DNA from: a virus
Taxonomy: Duplodnaviria; Caudoviricetes
IMG/VR virus record: IMGVR_UViG_3300031660_000005
Span: 1-53,143 of that record
Direction: 5' to 3' (one strand)
DNA: 53,143 nt
Shown: piece by piece, positions 44,551 to 53,143 of the stretch
Layout: the number at the start of each line of letters is the position of its first letter
Numbering within the stretch: position 1 is the first letter of the stretch
Program-made: the position numbers and the translations under genes
Notes under the pieces: generated by a model
The model's database searches: none
What the model saw: the letters and a program-made list of their open reading frames with translations, nothing else
Told to the model about the DNA's origin: nothing

Positions 44551-45027
44551 ATGGCTACTTATACTGAAGACACTGGCTTTAACAAAGGCGTAGCGGCTAT
44601 TCCAAATAAAGGTCTTACTAAAATCTCTATGATTGAAGTAACTCTTAACTGGGGTACTATTGCTGCAGACCGTCTGGCTAAAGGCCAAACTGCTATAGGC
44701 GCGGGAGACGTTTTAGAGGTTATGCAGATTCCTGCTAAGACCTACGTTATCTGTGCTGGTTTAGATGTAACCACTGCAGAAGGTGCTACATGTACTGTTG
44801 ACATGGGCGACGGCACTGATCCTGATGGATTTTTGGACGGAGTAAATGCTAACACTGCTGCTTCTTACGCAACAGCGCTAGTGCTAGCTGAAGCTGCACC
44901 AAACACTGTGGTAGGTTACAGCAACGGTAAATACTATGCCGCTGCAGATACTATTGACATTAAGACTGTCAATGCTGCTGATGCCGCTGTTATGCGCATG
45001 TGGGCGTTAGTTTCTGATTGCTCCTAA
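44551..45027 (+). CDS. Capsid decoration/cement protein (putative)
   Basis: 158 aa beta-rich protein after the MCP; GDGTDPDGF; AGGAGG RBS. Confidence 0.7.
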   Translation: MATYTEDTGFNKGVAAIPNKGLTKISMIEVTLNWGTIAADRLAKGQTAIGAGDVLEVMQIPAKTYVICAGLDVTTAEGATCTVDMGDGTDPDGFLDGVNANTAASYATALVLAEAAPNTVVGYSNGKYYAAADTIDIKTVNAADAAVMRMWALVSDCS

Positions 45028-45041
45028 ACCTAAAATTGATT

Positions 45042-45060
45042 GGGGGCTTCGGCCCCCTTT
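45042..45060 (+). terminator. Rho-independent terminator after the capsid genes
   Basis: GGGGGC-TTCG-GCCCCC-TTT (UUCG loop, short U-tract). Confidence 0.8.
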
Positions 45061-45082
45061 CACCCTATTCAGGAGATGCTAG

Positions 45083-45667
45083 ATGCCTACTAACTTAACA
45101 GGTTCCGATATCAACGACACATATGACCAACTGCTGCACGTTAGCGATGGCCCAGCAGCGTCTGAAAAAGTTGTATTTGGAGGCACAGGCGTTGCTACTG
45201 CTTTGTCAGTTGGCACAGGTTCTGCGTCTGTTGATAATATTAAATTTGACGGCAACGTTGTTTCTGCTACAAACTCTAACGGATCATTGGTGTTAACGCC
45301 GAACGGAACTGGCGAAGTACACCTTCTAGGTAAATTCGGGTACGCTTCAGGTGGCGGCACTGTAACCCAAGCAAGTAATAAGACTACTGCGGTTACACTA
45401 AACGCAAAAAGCGGTGCCGTAACCATGAACAACGCGGCCTTAGCAGACGATGCTACAGCTGCTTTTACGCTAACAAATAGTTTTATTGCTGCTACGGATG
45501 TACTGATTGTAAACGTAGCAAGCGTAGGAACGGCAGGCGGCTATCAGCTAACAGTTGGTGCAGTAGCAGCGGGTAGTTGTAGCATCAGTGTTATGAATGT
45601 AAGCGGCGGCGCACTATCCCAAGCGATAGTTCTTAATTTTGTAGTAATCAAAGGAGTAACTTCCTAA
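45083..45667 (+). CDS. Putative structural (fibre-like) protein
   Basis: 194 aa, G/T/A/V-rich; NGSLVLTPNGTGEV motif. Confidence 0.7.
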   Translation: MPTNLTGSDINDTYDQLLHVSDGPAASEKVVFGGTGVATALSVGTGSASVDNIKFDGNVVSATNSNGSLVLTPNGTGEVHLLGKFGYASGGGTVTQASNKTTAVTLNAKSGAVTMNNAALADDATAAFTLTNSFIAATDVLIVNVASVGTAGGYQLTVGAVAAGSCSISVMNVSGGALSQAIVLNFVVIKGVTS

Positions 45668-45834
45668 TGGCTAAAGGCGTAAAACATTATAAAAAAGATG
45701 GTGCTATTTTTACAGGCGCTGTTCATAAGATGCCTGACGGAACCGTACATACAGGTATTAAACACGGAAAAACTAGCGTGCGGGTATTTCATTTTAAAGA
45801 CCTGTCTAAGACTTCGCAGAAAAGAGCAAGCTAA
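45667..45834 (+). CDS. 55 aa Lys/His-rich protein (not in ORF track)
   Basis: TAATG overlaps at both ends; MAKGVKHYKKDG..HKMPDGTVHTG. Confidence 0.75.
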   Translation: MAKGVKHYKKDGAIFTGAVHKMPDGTVHTGIKHGKTSVRVFHFKDLSKTSQKRAS

Positions 45835-46094
45835 TGGCTGAGTACCAAGGAAAAACTGTGACGCTAAACAACCCTACTAGGATTAGTAAGGGCCAACCCG
45901 GTTTTAATCGTAAGAAGTCTCAAGTCTACGTAAAAGGTCAGAGTGGTAAAGTTGTTAAGGTTATGTTCGGGGACCCGAATATGACTATTAAAAAAGACCA
46001 ACCGGGCAGGCGTTCTAATTTCAGAGCGCGTCACAACTGTGATAGTCCCGGCCCAAAGACCAAGGCACGTTATTGGTCATGTAAGGCGTGGTGA
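45834..46094 (+). CDS. Small basic protein
   Basis: FGDPNM..RRSNFRARHNC..ARYWSCKAW. Confidence 0.8.
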   Translation: MAEYQGKTVTLNNPTRISKGQPGFNRKKSQVYVKGQSGKVVKVMFGDPNMTIKKDQPGRRSNFRARHNCDSPGPKTKARYWSCKAW

Positions 46095-46095
46095 T

Positions 46096-46272
46096 ATGGC
46101 AAACAGTAAAGCTAAACCGAACAACCCTAAACTTTGGGCTGCAAAGATAGCCGCAGCAAAGCGTAAGTTTGACGTGTACCCTAGTGCGTACGCTAATGCT
46201 TGGGCGTCTAAACAGTATAAGAAAGACGGCGGCACTTGGTCAGGGTCTGATAATAGGGTAAAGAAAAGCTGA
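46096..46272 (+). CDS. Small basic protein
   Basis: ATG 46096; KFDVYPSAYANAW..YKKDGG. Confidence 0.8.
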   Translation: MANSKAKPNNPKLWAAKIAAAKRKFDVYPSAYANAWASKQYKKDGGTWSGSDNRVKKS

Positions 46273-46502
46273 TGGCGGGTTTAGGAAAATGGTTCGGAGA
46301 GAAATGGGTTGATGTAAAGACCGGTCAGCCTTGCGGTAGGGCTAAAGCACAAAAGTCTTCCAGACCTTATCCTGCGTGTCGCCCAAAGGCAGCAGCTAGT
46401 AAGATGACAAAGGCCGAAAAAACCGCTATAGCTAGTCGAAAGACCAGTTCTAAACGACAAAGCTGGCCAGTTACACCGTCAGGCAAGAGGAGAACAACAT
46501 GA
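46272..46502 (+). CDS. Small basic protein
   Basis: GLGKWFGEKWVDVKTGQPCGR..YPACRP; TGATG overlap. Confidence 0.8.
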   Translation: MAGLGKWFGEKWVDVKTGQPCGRAKAQKSSRPYPACRPKAAASKMTKAEKTAIASRKTSSKRQSWPVTPSGKRRTT

Positions 46503-46789
46503 CACAACGCTGGTTAAAAAATGTAGACGACGGGTTTATCTACGGCTGGGACAGGTACATTGCGCAAAACCCATTAGTTATAGAGATTACTGAGGAAGAA
46601 GCTTTTCCAGAAAAATTTTTAAAACCTGCTCAAGTTCAACGCGCCAAGGTTACTAGAACAAAAAACAAGGCAACATTAGACCTTGCCACTGAAGATGGGC
46701 TAGTAAAAGAACTCGATGCCATGCTTTCTGCATCACCTCTGGCAGACTCAGAGATAGGTGCTGATGCGTCAAGGGGGCTACCTGAATGA
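46499..46789 (+). CDS. Hypothetical protein
   Basis: 96 aa, GAGGAG RBS, ATGA overlaps. Confidence 0.75.
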   Translation: MTQRWLKNVDDGFIYGWDRYIAQNPLVIEITEEEAFPEKFLKPAQVQRAKVTRTKNKATLDLATEDGLVKELDAMLSASPLADSEIGADASRGLPE

Positions 46790-47433
46790 CCCCGCAAGAC
46801 GTGATTGATGACGTACGCCAATTAGTGCAAGATACTAATTCTGCTGCGTACAGGTATACTGACGCTGAGCTATTAGGTTTTGTTAACCAAACAATCAAAC
46901 GTGTTATTATTCTTAGACCTGATTTGTTTTCAAGTATTACAGCTATAGCTACTACACCTAACACAGTCATACAGGTTATGCCGTCTGACTCGTTACGCCT
47001 TGTAGAACTATACTCTATACAAAATGGAAATGTTCTTACTGAAGTAAACCGTGAGTCTCTGGACCAAAGCTATCCAGCGTGGGTAAGTGATCCAGCAGGC
47101 ACGCCATACAACTATATGCGCCACATCAGAAACCCCAACAGGTATTTTCTGTACCCAAGACCTGTCACTGGCATTGTTATAACTGGCGAGTATGTGCAGA
47201 TACCAGCGGACTATGCGATTAACGCTGCTATTGCTGCTCTACCAGATGCGTATCTGCCTACACTTGTTGACGGTACTGTTTTCCTTGCTGAGTCCATAGA
47301 TGACGAGCATGCAAATTCTGGAAGGGCTAAATTATTTTTAGATTCATTTACTGCTGCACTTGGCGCAGGTCTGTCCAGTCGGGAATTGACCGATACAGAA
47401 ACTGGCGGATTAGATAGGAAACAGGTAGTGTAA
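46786..47433 (+). CDS. Head-tail adaptor-like protein
   Basis: LVQD..RYTDAELLGFVN..RPD and FLYP motifs; position after the head genes. Confidence 0.65.
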   Translation: MTPQDVIDDVRQLVQDTNSAAYRYTDAELLGFVNQTIKRVIILRPDLFSSITAIATTPNTVIQVMPSDSLRLVELYSIQNGNVLTEVNRESLDQSYPAWVSDPAGTPYNYMRHIRNPNRYFLYPRPVTGIVITGEYVQIPADYAINAAIAALPDAYLPTLVDGTVFLAESIDDEHANSGRAKLFLDSFTAALGAGLSSRELTDTETGGLDRKQVV

Positions 47434-48104
47434 TGGCCGAACGATCTTTTACTTCACTTGCTGCTAGAATAAACCCTAGTGTACCGGGATGCTCCCTACC
47501 TATGTTGGAGCAATATATTCGTGATGCGTCTATCATAACTTGTGAACGTACGCTCGCTTGGCGCTATGAGCAGCCTTTGTTTAACCTCACAGCCGGTAAA
47601 TATGAGTACCCATACAACAAACCTGTAGATACTAATGTTCAGACCGTAATGTTTGCGTCTCTAAACGATTCACCGCTACCAGCAGTGACGCTAGAAGAGG
47701 CTACTCGCAGATACCCCAACTGGGTTAGGAACTCTACTACTGACGCTGATATAGCTTTATATGGCTCACAGCCTTTGATATTCACTCAGCTTACACCTAA
47801 CAACTATATTGTTATACCGGCTCCTGACGCAGCGTCTACGTATAGTGTTCGTATGATATACGCATTAAAACCTACACGAGATTCAGAAGGTATGGATGAT
47901 ACTATTATGGACGAGCTAGAGCCAGCTATTGTGCATAAGACGTTGCAGGAATTATTAGTACTACCCAATGTAGCTTGGTCTGATAGAGAACTGGCTTCTT
48001 ACCACGCAAAACAATTTATATCTAAAGTTTCTGAATACAGAGCGAACGCAAACCTTGGCAATATGCGTGCTTCAGTGTCTGTAGCCCAGCAGCCCTTTGC
48101 CTAG
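47433..48104 (+). CDS. Second adaptor / tail tubular-like protein
   Basis: 223 aa, TAATG-coupled; VPGC, ALKPT and WSD motifs. Confidence 0.6.
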   Translation: MAERSFTSLAARINPSVPGCSLPMLEQYIRDASIITCERTLAWRYEQPLFNLTAGKYEYPYNKPVDTNVQTVMFASLNDSPLPAVTLEEATRRYPNWVRNSTTDADIALYGSQPLIFTQLTPNNYIVIPAPDAASTYSVRMIYALKPTRDSEGMDDTIMDELEPAIVHKTLQELLVLPNVAWSDRELASYHAKQFISKVSEYRANANLGNMRASVSVAQQPFA

Positions 48105-48113
48105 GAGAGTATC

Positions 48114-48461
48114 ATGGACGCAAGACTTTCAACTCCACGTATAGAGCTAGTTAGTAGCGATACCGGTCCGCAGCTACAGTTTACCGTAACCGATCAGCTA
48201 ACAGCAGCAGCTGTAAACCTAACAAACGCTACAGTGGTGCTTAAATTTCGTGCAGTAGGGTCTACTACTACATTGTTTACTAGAGCGTGTACTGTATCTA
48301 ATCCGGGAACTAATGGGATAGCCGTTCTTGTATGGCAGGCAGGTGATTTGACCCGCGCAGCAGGAGACTATGAAGGTGAGTTAGAGGTGACAGCCGCAGA
48401 CAACACTATACAGACTGTGTACGATACAATTCAGTTTAGGTTGCGTGAGGACTTTGCGTGA
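48114..48461 (+). CDS. BppU-N-like Ig-fold virion protein
   Basis: VNLTNATV..GDYEGELEVT pattern. Confidence 0.6.
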   Translation: MDARLSTPRIELVSSDTGPQLQFTVTDQLTAAAVNLTNATVVLKFRAVGSTTTLFTRACTVSNPGTNGIAVLVWQAGDLTRAAGDYEGELEVTAADNTIQTVYDTIQFRLREDFA

Positions 48462-49267
48462 GAATAAAGACTACTACGCAGAAGTTTCGAGCTAGAGTAA
48501 CTACCGGTGCGTATAGCCTTGCTACACGGGCCACAACTTTTGCGTTATCTGCGCAAGCACATGCCTACAAAATAAAAATAGAGGTCGGAAAGTTCGGGTC
48601 TTTTTTACGTTTTCAAGACAACGGAGTAGTACAGTCTCTTACTAATCTGTTTTTTACCAAAGCTGGTGTAGTCGATAATGCAGCGTTAACTGATGACGAC
48701 TCACTAAATATAAGTAAAAACGAAGTTGATGGTGTTACAGTTAGTGAGGTATTCGCCAAGATACAGGCTAAAGGTTTTTCTGATCCGTTTAGTATAGAAG
48801 ACGGCGGGTTGTATTTTTTAGAAGATTACACCCCCCTAGGGTACACTGCCGGTAGACAACCTATTATGTTACTTGGTAAAAACGTGGCCGATTCCGCTGG
48901 CTTTACTGACGTACTGGGCGTGTTTACAATAGGTAAGGGTGTGCTTGATACCCCTTCTTTTACTGACGGTATAGCGCTTAATAAGAATAAACTCATAGAG
49001 ACTGATACTGGAAATGTGTCGGAGACGTATGCCGCTGCTTTTAGTAACTCGGCCTCAGACGGGATAACAGTTGCTCAAAGTTTTATTTCGTCGTATAGTA
49101 AAGCTGTAGCCGATGGCGCTGCTTGGTCTGATTCATCATTATTGGTAGTCGGATCAGCTGTGCAGGATGGTTTAGGATTAGGAGACGCAGGTAGTATAAG
49201 GGCGCAAGGGTATTGTAGCTTTGATTATTTTGCGGCAGATTATGTTGGAACTTCATTAACCTTCTAA
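48458..49267 (+). CDS. Putative tail-associated structural protein
   Basis: 269 aa with a repeated D-x3-(F/V)-(T/S)-(D/E) pattern; C-terminal DYFAADYVG. Confidence 0.65.
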   Translation: MRIKTTTQKFRARVTTGAYSLATRATTFALSAQAHAYKIKIEVGKFGSFLRFQDNGVVQSLTNLFFTKAGVVDNAALTDDDSLNISKNEVDGVTVSEVFAKIQAKGFSDPFSIEDGGLYFLEDYTPLGYTAGRQPIMLLGKNVADSAGFTDVLGVFTIGKGVLDTPSFTDGIALNKNKLIETDTGNVSETYAAAFSNSASDGITVAQSFISSYSKAVADGAAWSDSSLLVVGSAVQDGLGLGDAGSIRAQGYCSFDYFAADYVGTSLTF

Positions 49268-49278
49268 GGGGTGTGACA

Positions 49279-49740
49279 ATGAACTCAAAAGAAAACTTAG
49301 GGTTATCAGGCAAGCTAAAACTTGTTCTTACAGATAGCAAGGGTGTTGTTAAAGACGAGCGCCTCCTAAAAAACTTAATTGTCAATGCGGGTCTGGCCCA
49401 CATTACTAGCCGTATGACTGCTGCATCAGCTGATGTTATGTCACACAAGGCCCTAGGTAGCGGCACAGGCAGTGCTGCAGCTGCTAATACAGCGCTAGGT
49501 AGTCAACTTGGAAGTCGTGTAGCCTTTACTAGTGCAACTCGCAGCGGCTCTAATAACGAAAGCATTATATACGTAACTACCTTCGGTGCGGGTGTCGCTA
49601 CGGGTGCAGTAACAGAAGCAGGTATTTTTAATGCTGCGTCTTCTGGAACTATGCTGTGTCGAACGGTGTTTGCGGTAGTTAATAAAGGTTCCGGTGATAC
49701 CCTACAGGTCACTTGGACTGTAACCCTAGCAGCATCGTGA
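49279..49740 (+). CDS. Tail-fibre-base-like structural protein
   Basis: NLIVNAG, ALGSG, TEAGIFNA, VVNKG..DTL motifs; ATG 49279 (GTG 49273 alternative). Confidence 0.7.
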   Translation: MNSKENLGLSGKLKLVLTDSKGVVKDERLLKNLIVNAGLAHITSRMTAASADVMSHKALGSGTGSAAAANTALGSQLGSRVAFTSATRSGSNNESIIYVTTFGAGVATGAVTEAGIFNAASSGTMLCRTVFAVVNKGSGDTLQVTWTVTLAAS

Positions 49741-49748
49741 GGTAGCTG

Positions 49749-50102
49749 ATGGCTACTATTGTAACTCGATCCGGTAAAGGATCACCGCTTACTAACGCAG
49801 AAGTAGATGCGAACTTTAATAACCTTAATAGCGGTAAGGTTGAAACGTCTGCTATATCTTCTTTTGGCGGAACGCTTGTAGATGACGCAAATGCTACGGC
49901 AGCTAGAAGTACACTTGGGTTAGGTACTATGGCTACCCAAGCTAAGACCGGTGTTGACATAGACGGCGGGTCTATAACTGGTATTACAGATTTGGCTGTA
50001 GCAGACGGCGGAACAGGTGCATCAAACGTAGCAGGTGCGCAAACAAATTTACAAGTAGACCCTGCGGGTACAGCAGTGGCCTTAGCGATAGCATTGGGGT
50101 AA
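49749..50102 (+). CDS. Short tail fibre-like protein
   Basis: KGSPLTNAEVDANF, ARSTLGLG, LAVADGGTGAS, C-terminal ALAIALG. Confidence 0.75.
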   Translation: MATIVTRSGKGSPLTNAEVDANFNNLNSGKVETSAISSFGGTLVDDANATAARSTLGLGTMATQAKTGVDIDGGSITGITDLAVADGGTGASNVAGAQTNLQVDPAGTAVALAIALG

Positions 50103-50106
50103 TTAT

Positions 50107-50445
50107 ATGGCCAACACATTTAAAGTAAAAACTTTTGGGGGCGGTAGTACAAATGCTAATACAGCAATGACTATACATACGGGTGCTAATGGAGCGCAAA
50201 CAACAGTTATTGGTCTTACCCTTGCTAACATAATTGCCACACAGGTTTTGATTAGTGTGCAGTTAGAAAATAACGACGGCAACAATGTATACCTTATCAG
50301 GAACGCACCGCTTTCGTCAGGCGGTTCTTTTGTGCCAATAGGCGGTGACCAAAAAGTTGTTATGGAAGCATCTGATGTTTTAAAAGTTACCTCTAACACG
50401 GCTAACTCTGTCGATAGTACACTGAGTATTTTGGAGATAACATAA
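50107..50445 (+). CDS. Small tail-associated beta protein
   Basis: MANTFK..KVVMEASDVLKV..LSILEIT. Confidence 0.75.
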   Translation: MANTFKVKTFGGGSTNANTAMTIHTGANGAQTTVIGLTLANIIATQVLISVQLENNDGNNVYLIRNAPLSSGGSFVPIGGDQKVVMEASDVLKVTSNTANSVDSTLSILEIT

Positions 50446-51629
50446 TGCCGTATCAGGGTAATACACCTGCAGAAAACTACGCAGTTACAGTAAAAGATTC
50501 GTTTAGCGGAAACGGGGCTGCTACAGCCTTTACACTGTCTCAGCCAACAGTAACAAACGATGTTCGGGTTGTAGTAGAGAACGTGGTGCAAGACCCTACT
50601 GTTGCGTATGCTGTGTCAGGTACAACCCTTACGTTTACTTCGGCTCCTGTTTCGGGAACCAACAACATATATGTAATACATTTAGGCCCTGCAGTTCAGC
50701 AGGTAGCTCCCCCAGCTACAATTTCTAACGCCACTACTTTTGAGTCTAACGTGTCTGTGCAGGGTTTGTTTAACTCAGTAGGGATTGATGACAACGCAGA
50801 TGCTACAGCTATTACGATTGACAGCAGCGAAACTGTACTTGTCGGCAAAACATCTAACACTTTTTCCCAACAGGGCGTAGCACTACGCGCTAACAACGAC
50901 AGCCAGATTACACGAGATGGCGGTCACCCGCTTAGTCTGAACCGAACATCTAGTGATGGCGCTGTTTTAAATCTATATAAAGACGGCTCCACTGTGGGTG
51001 GTATTGGTGCTGTAAGTGGTGACTTAGCAATATATAGCACAGAAAGCGGTCATGAAGGTCTACGTCTTGGTAATGGCGCAATCGTGCCGACGAATAACTC
51101 TGGAGGGTCAACAGACAATGCCTGTAATTTAGGGGAAGCCACAGGAAGATTTTCTGATTTGTATTTAGCTGGCGGTATATACCTTGGCGGCACTGGGGCG
51201 GCTAATAAGCTGGACGATTATGAAGAGGGTAGTTGGTCGCCTCAGATTATTGGGTATGGACAAAGCTCTCCGTATACGCAAACCTATAGCACTTCCTCTG
51301 GCAACTACACAAAAATCGGAAATCAAGTTACAGCCCATTTTTCCGTAACTTTATCTAGCAAAGGCAACATGTCTGGGGCATACTCAATGATATTTGGGCT
51401 ACCTTATAACCATGCAGGCTCCCCATCTGGAACTGGAAGCCTTTGGGGATGGACTAATCTAAACTCTGCTATTTCTTATGCTGCGGTCGAGATGGGCAGC
51501 ACAGCAACAGTCGGCTGGATTAACTACATTCCTGCTGCTGGTGGCTCCCAAGCCAGCTACATGAATACAAGTATGATTAGTAACACCACCTCGTTTCGAG
51601 GGACTTTAAGCTACAGAACAACCGCATAA
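50445..51629 (+). CDS. Tail fibre protein
   Basis: MPYQG start, FSGNG..FTL, VVQDP, TLTFTSAP; ANKLDDYEEG, YTKIGNQV, GLPY head. Confidence 0.85.
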   Translation: MPYQGNTPAENYAVTVKDSFSGNGAATAFTLSQPTVTNDVRVVVENVVQDPTVAYAVSGTTLTFTSAPVSGTNNIYVIHLGPAVQQVAPPATISNATTFESNVSVQGLFNSVGIDDNADATAITIDSSETVLVGKTSNTFSQQGVALRANNDSQITRDGGHPLSLNRTSSDGAVLNLYKDGSTVGGIGAVSGDLAIYSTESGHEGLRLGNGAIVPTNNSGGSTDNACNLGEATGRFSDLYLAGGIYLGGTGAANKLDDYEEGSWSPQIIGYGQSSPYTQTYSTSSGNYTKIGNQVTAHFSVTLSSKGNMSGAYSMIFGLPYNHAGSPSGTGSLWGWTNLNSAISYAAVEMGSTATVGWINYIPAAGGSQASYMNTSMISNTTSFRGTLSYRTTA

Positions 51630-51691
51630 CCCACCGCATATCTTTGGGTCGGACAGGTGGCACTAACGCCACGATAAAACAGGAGGCCAAC

Positions 51692-51943
51692 ATGGCTCTT
51701 ACAGAGACAGAAGTACAAGATAAAATAGAGATCGTGGGTGATCACAAGCACATTCAAGTGCGAACCGCAAACGTCATATCACGCGATGGTGTTGAGATCA
51801 GCCGTGCGTTCCACAGGCATGTCGTTGCACCAGATGCAGACGTCTCAGGTGAGAGTGCCGAGGTCCAAGCTATCTGTGCAGTTGTCCACACCGACGCCGT
51901 TAAAGCTGCGTATGCTGCAATGCTAGAAGCGAAAGAAATTTAA
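51692..51943 (+). CDS. Small tail-fibre-associated protein (putative chaperone)
   Basis: ATG 51692 after AGGAGG; DKIEIV..QVR..DGVEISRAFHRHV. Confidence 0.75.
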   Translation: MALTETEVQDKIEIVGDHKHIQVRTANVISRDGVEISRAFHRHVVAPDADVSGESAEVQAICAVVHTDAVKAAYAAMLEAKEI

Positions 51944-51955
51944 AGGAATACCACC

Positions 51956-52810
51956 ATGACTCGCGCAAGAGATGCAGCAGACCAAATAAATCGGGTAAAC
52001 TCTAGTGCGGCTAACGCCACGGCTATCACGATTGATGCTAATGAGAATGTCGGGATTGATGCTACACTATCTGTAGGCGTAGATGACACAGGCTATGACG
52101 TTAAATTCTTTGGGGCTACTGCTTCAGCATTTATGCAATGGGATGCAAGTACAGATGATTTAATTCTTGGTGGTGTGTCTAATTTTGGAGCGGGCACTGC
52201 TACGCCACAAACAAGAATACATTCTACGAGTTCACAAGAACAACTAACTATTTCAGAAGGAAATGGGAAAGGTGCAACTTTTGATTACCGTTCGTCAACT
52301 GGAAACTTAAACATTGCAACAAACGGTGCTAACGCTAGATCAGCGCCTCAGTTTACTTTAGATTTAAATGGCGCAGTCACCATGCCATTACAGCCAGCGT
52401 TTTTGGCCCAAGTTGCCTCAGCGCAAACTAATTTAGCAAACTATGTAAATGTGCTGATTTTTGGCACAGAAATATTTGACCAAAATGCTGATTTTAATCC
52501 CAGCAATGGAATTTTTACAGCCCCTGTTACGGGCAAATATATGCTGTCAACTTTTATTGGCCTAGACCAAATCCCCGCCACTGGCACGGGCGTACTGCAG
52601 CTACAAATTGTTGTCTCCAACCGCACAGTTTATGCGGCGTTTGACCCTATCGTCTTTGATGCAACAAGCACAAAATATACTTTTACGCAATCGTTACTGT
52701 TGGACATGGACGCTTCCGACACCGCGAAAATCCAAATATACATGCCTGTTTCTTCAAGCACTGTGGATATTAACACAGATTCGTATTTCAGCGGCTACCT
52801 CGTAGCATAA
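51956..52810 (+). CDS. Tail fibre with C1q/TNF-like head
   Basis: MTRARD start; QPAF, FGTEIFDQ, GIFTAPVTGKY, LDMDASD and FSGYLV C1q-like motifs. Confidence 0.8.
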   Translation: MTRARDAADQINRVNSSAANATAITIDANENVGIDATLSVGVDDTGYDVKFFGATASAFMQWDASTDDLILGGVSNFGAGTATPQTRIHSTSSQEQLTISEGNGKGATFDYRSSTGNLNIATNGANARSAPQFTLDLNGAVTMPLQPAFLAQVASAQTNLANYVNVLIFGTEIFDQNADFNPSNGIFTAPVTGKYMLSTFIGLDQIPATGTGVLQLQIVVSNRTVYAAFDPIVFDATSTKYTFTQSLLLDMDASDTAKIQIYMPVSSSTVDINTDSYFSGYLVA

Positions 52811-52849
52811 CCAAGGGCGAAATAACCCTGTCTTAAAGGAGACATAACA

Positions 52850-53128
52850 ATGGCAACAATTACACTTACAGTTGAAGTCACAGACACAGAGCAAGCTATC
52901 TTGCTGAATGATCTGCTGAACATTAATGATTGGCTACAAGCTGCAATGGTTGGCAAGAAGGCCAACAGTTGGAAACGTATGCAGCAAGAGTGGACTACCA
53001 AGCTGATGAATGATGACAGCTTCACTGATCCAATCCCGTCTAACCAAGCAGACTTTGTGGCACTGGTTACTGCACGGGAAGACTACATGACACGCATTGA
53101 GCGTGACGCAGAGCAAGGAGCCATGTAA
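52850..53128 (+). CDS. Small tail-fibre-associated protein (putative chaperone)
   Basis: 92 aa, AAGGAG RBS, TAATG-coupled to the fibre gene that continues at 170. Confidence 0.75.
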   Translation: MATITLTVEVTDTEQAILLNDLLNINDWLQAAMVGKKANSWKRMQQEWTTKLMNDDSFTDPIPSNQADFVALVTAREDYMTRIERDAEQGAM

Positions 53129-53143
53129 TGCCATATCAAGGAC
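52959..53143 (+). repeat. End overlap, copy 2 (matches 1-185)
   Basis: Offset 52958; exact over the last 127 bp. Confidence 0.97.

Larger units (their letters stand above)
1..53143. mobile_element. Complete circularly permuted tailed phage genome (podovirus-like)
   Basis: Terminase, portal, capsid, tail, lysis and replication modules are all present, and the two ends overlap. No tape-measure or tail-sheath gene recognised; large ejection-type proteins are present instead. Confidence 0.95.

Noticed and set aside
44520-44560. Capsid read-through or frameshift extension
   Set aside because: There is a tandem TAA TAG stop, no slippery heptamer was seen, and the next gene has its own AGGAGG RBS.
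51584-51691. Frameshift fusion of fibre 50445 to the downstream small ORF
   Set aside because: The frame is open from 51584, but there is no convincing slippery site and ATG 51692 has a strong RBS.
789-53134. Numerous antisense and alternate-frame ORFs in the track (e.g. 13495..13995, 19576..20148, 34686..35252, 37804..38010, 40044..40226)
   Set aside because: They are shadows of well-supported genes or span regulatory DNA, and lack an RBS or recognisable motifs.
52959-53143. Biological direct terminal repeat
   Set aside because: It falls inside coding sequence in the tail module, and the exact part is 127 bp, which fits an assembly overlap better.
1-53143. tRNA genes, integrase, phage RNA polymerase, inteins/introns, auxiliary metabolic genes
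   Set aside because: No cloverleaf in the few intergenic gaps and no matching motifs; polA, terL and the helicase are of uninterrupted normal length. Judged by eye only.

Overview
The window looks like one complete, circularly permuted dsDNA tailed-phage genome with a short-tailed (podovirus-like) gene set. Unit length is about 52,958 bp, because bases 59-185 repeat exactly at 53017-53143. It has two divergent arms. The + strand arm (38003 to the end, wrapping to 20506) carries terminase, portal, scaffold, capsid, small basic proteins, adaptors, four tail fibre/receptor-binding genes, a lysis cassette, a tail nozzle and large ejection proteins. The - strand arm (37626 to 20503) carries small early genes, an AAA+/vWA-metallopeptidase module, a family A DNA polymerase, a Cas4-like nuclease, VRR-NUC, an SNF2-like helicase, an SSB-like protein, an HTH protein and a DUF927-type primase-helicase. 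The 36.4-38.0 kb control region holds 12 AGATAGT repeats in both orientations (candidate origin), a TGT(A/C)AAGT(A/T) operator-like motif that recurs elsewhere in the genome, structured leaders and promoters. I saw no integrase, RNA polymerase, reverse transcriptase, tRNA or CRISPR array. A marine proteobacterial host is an inference only. All family assignments come from motifs recognised by eye and from gene order; no database search was run.
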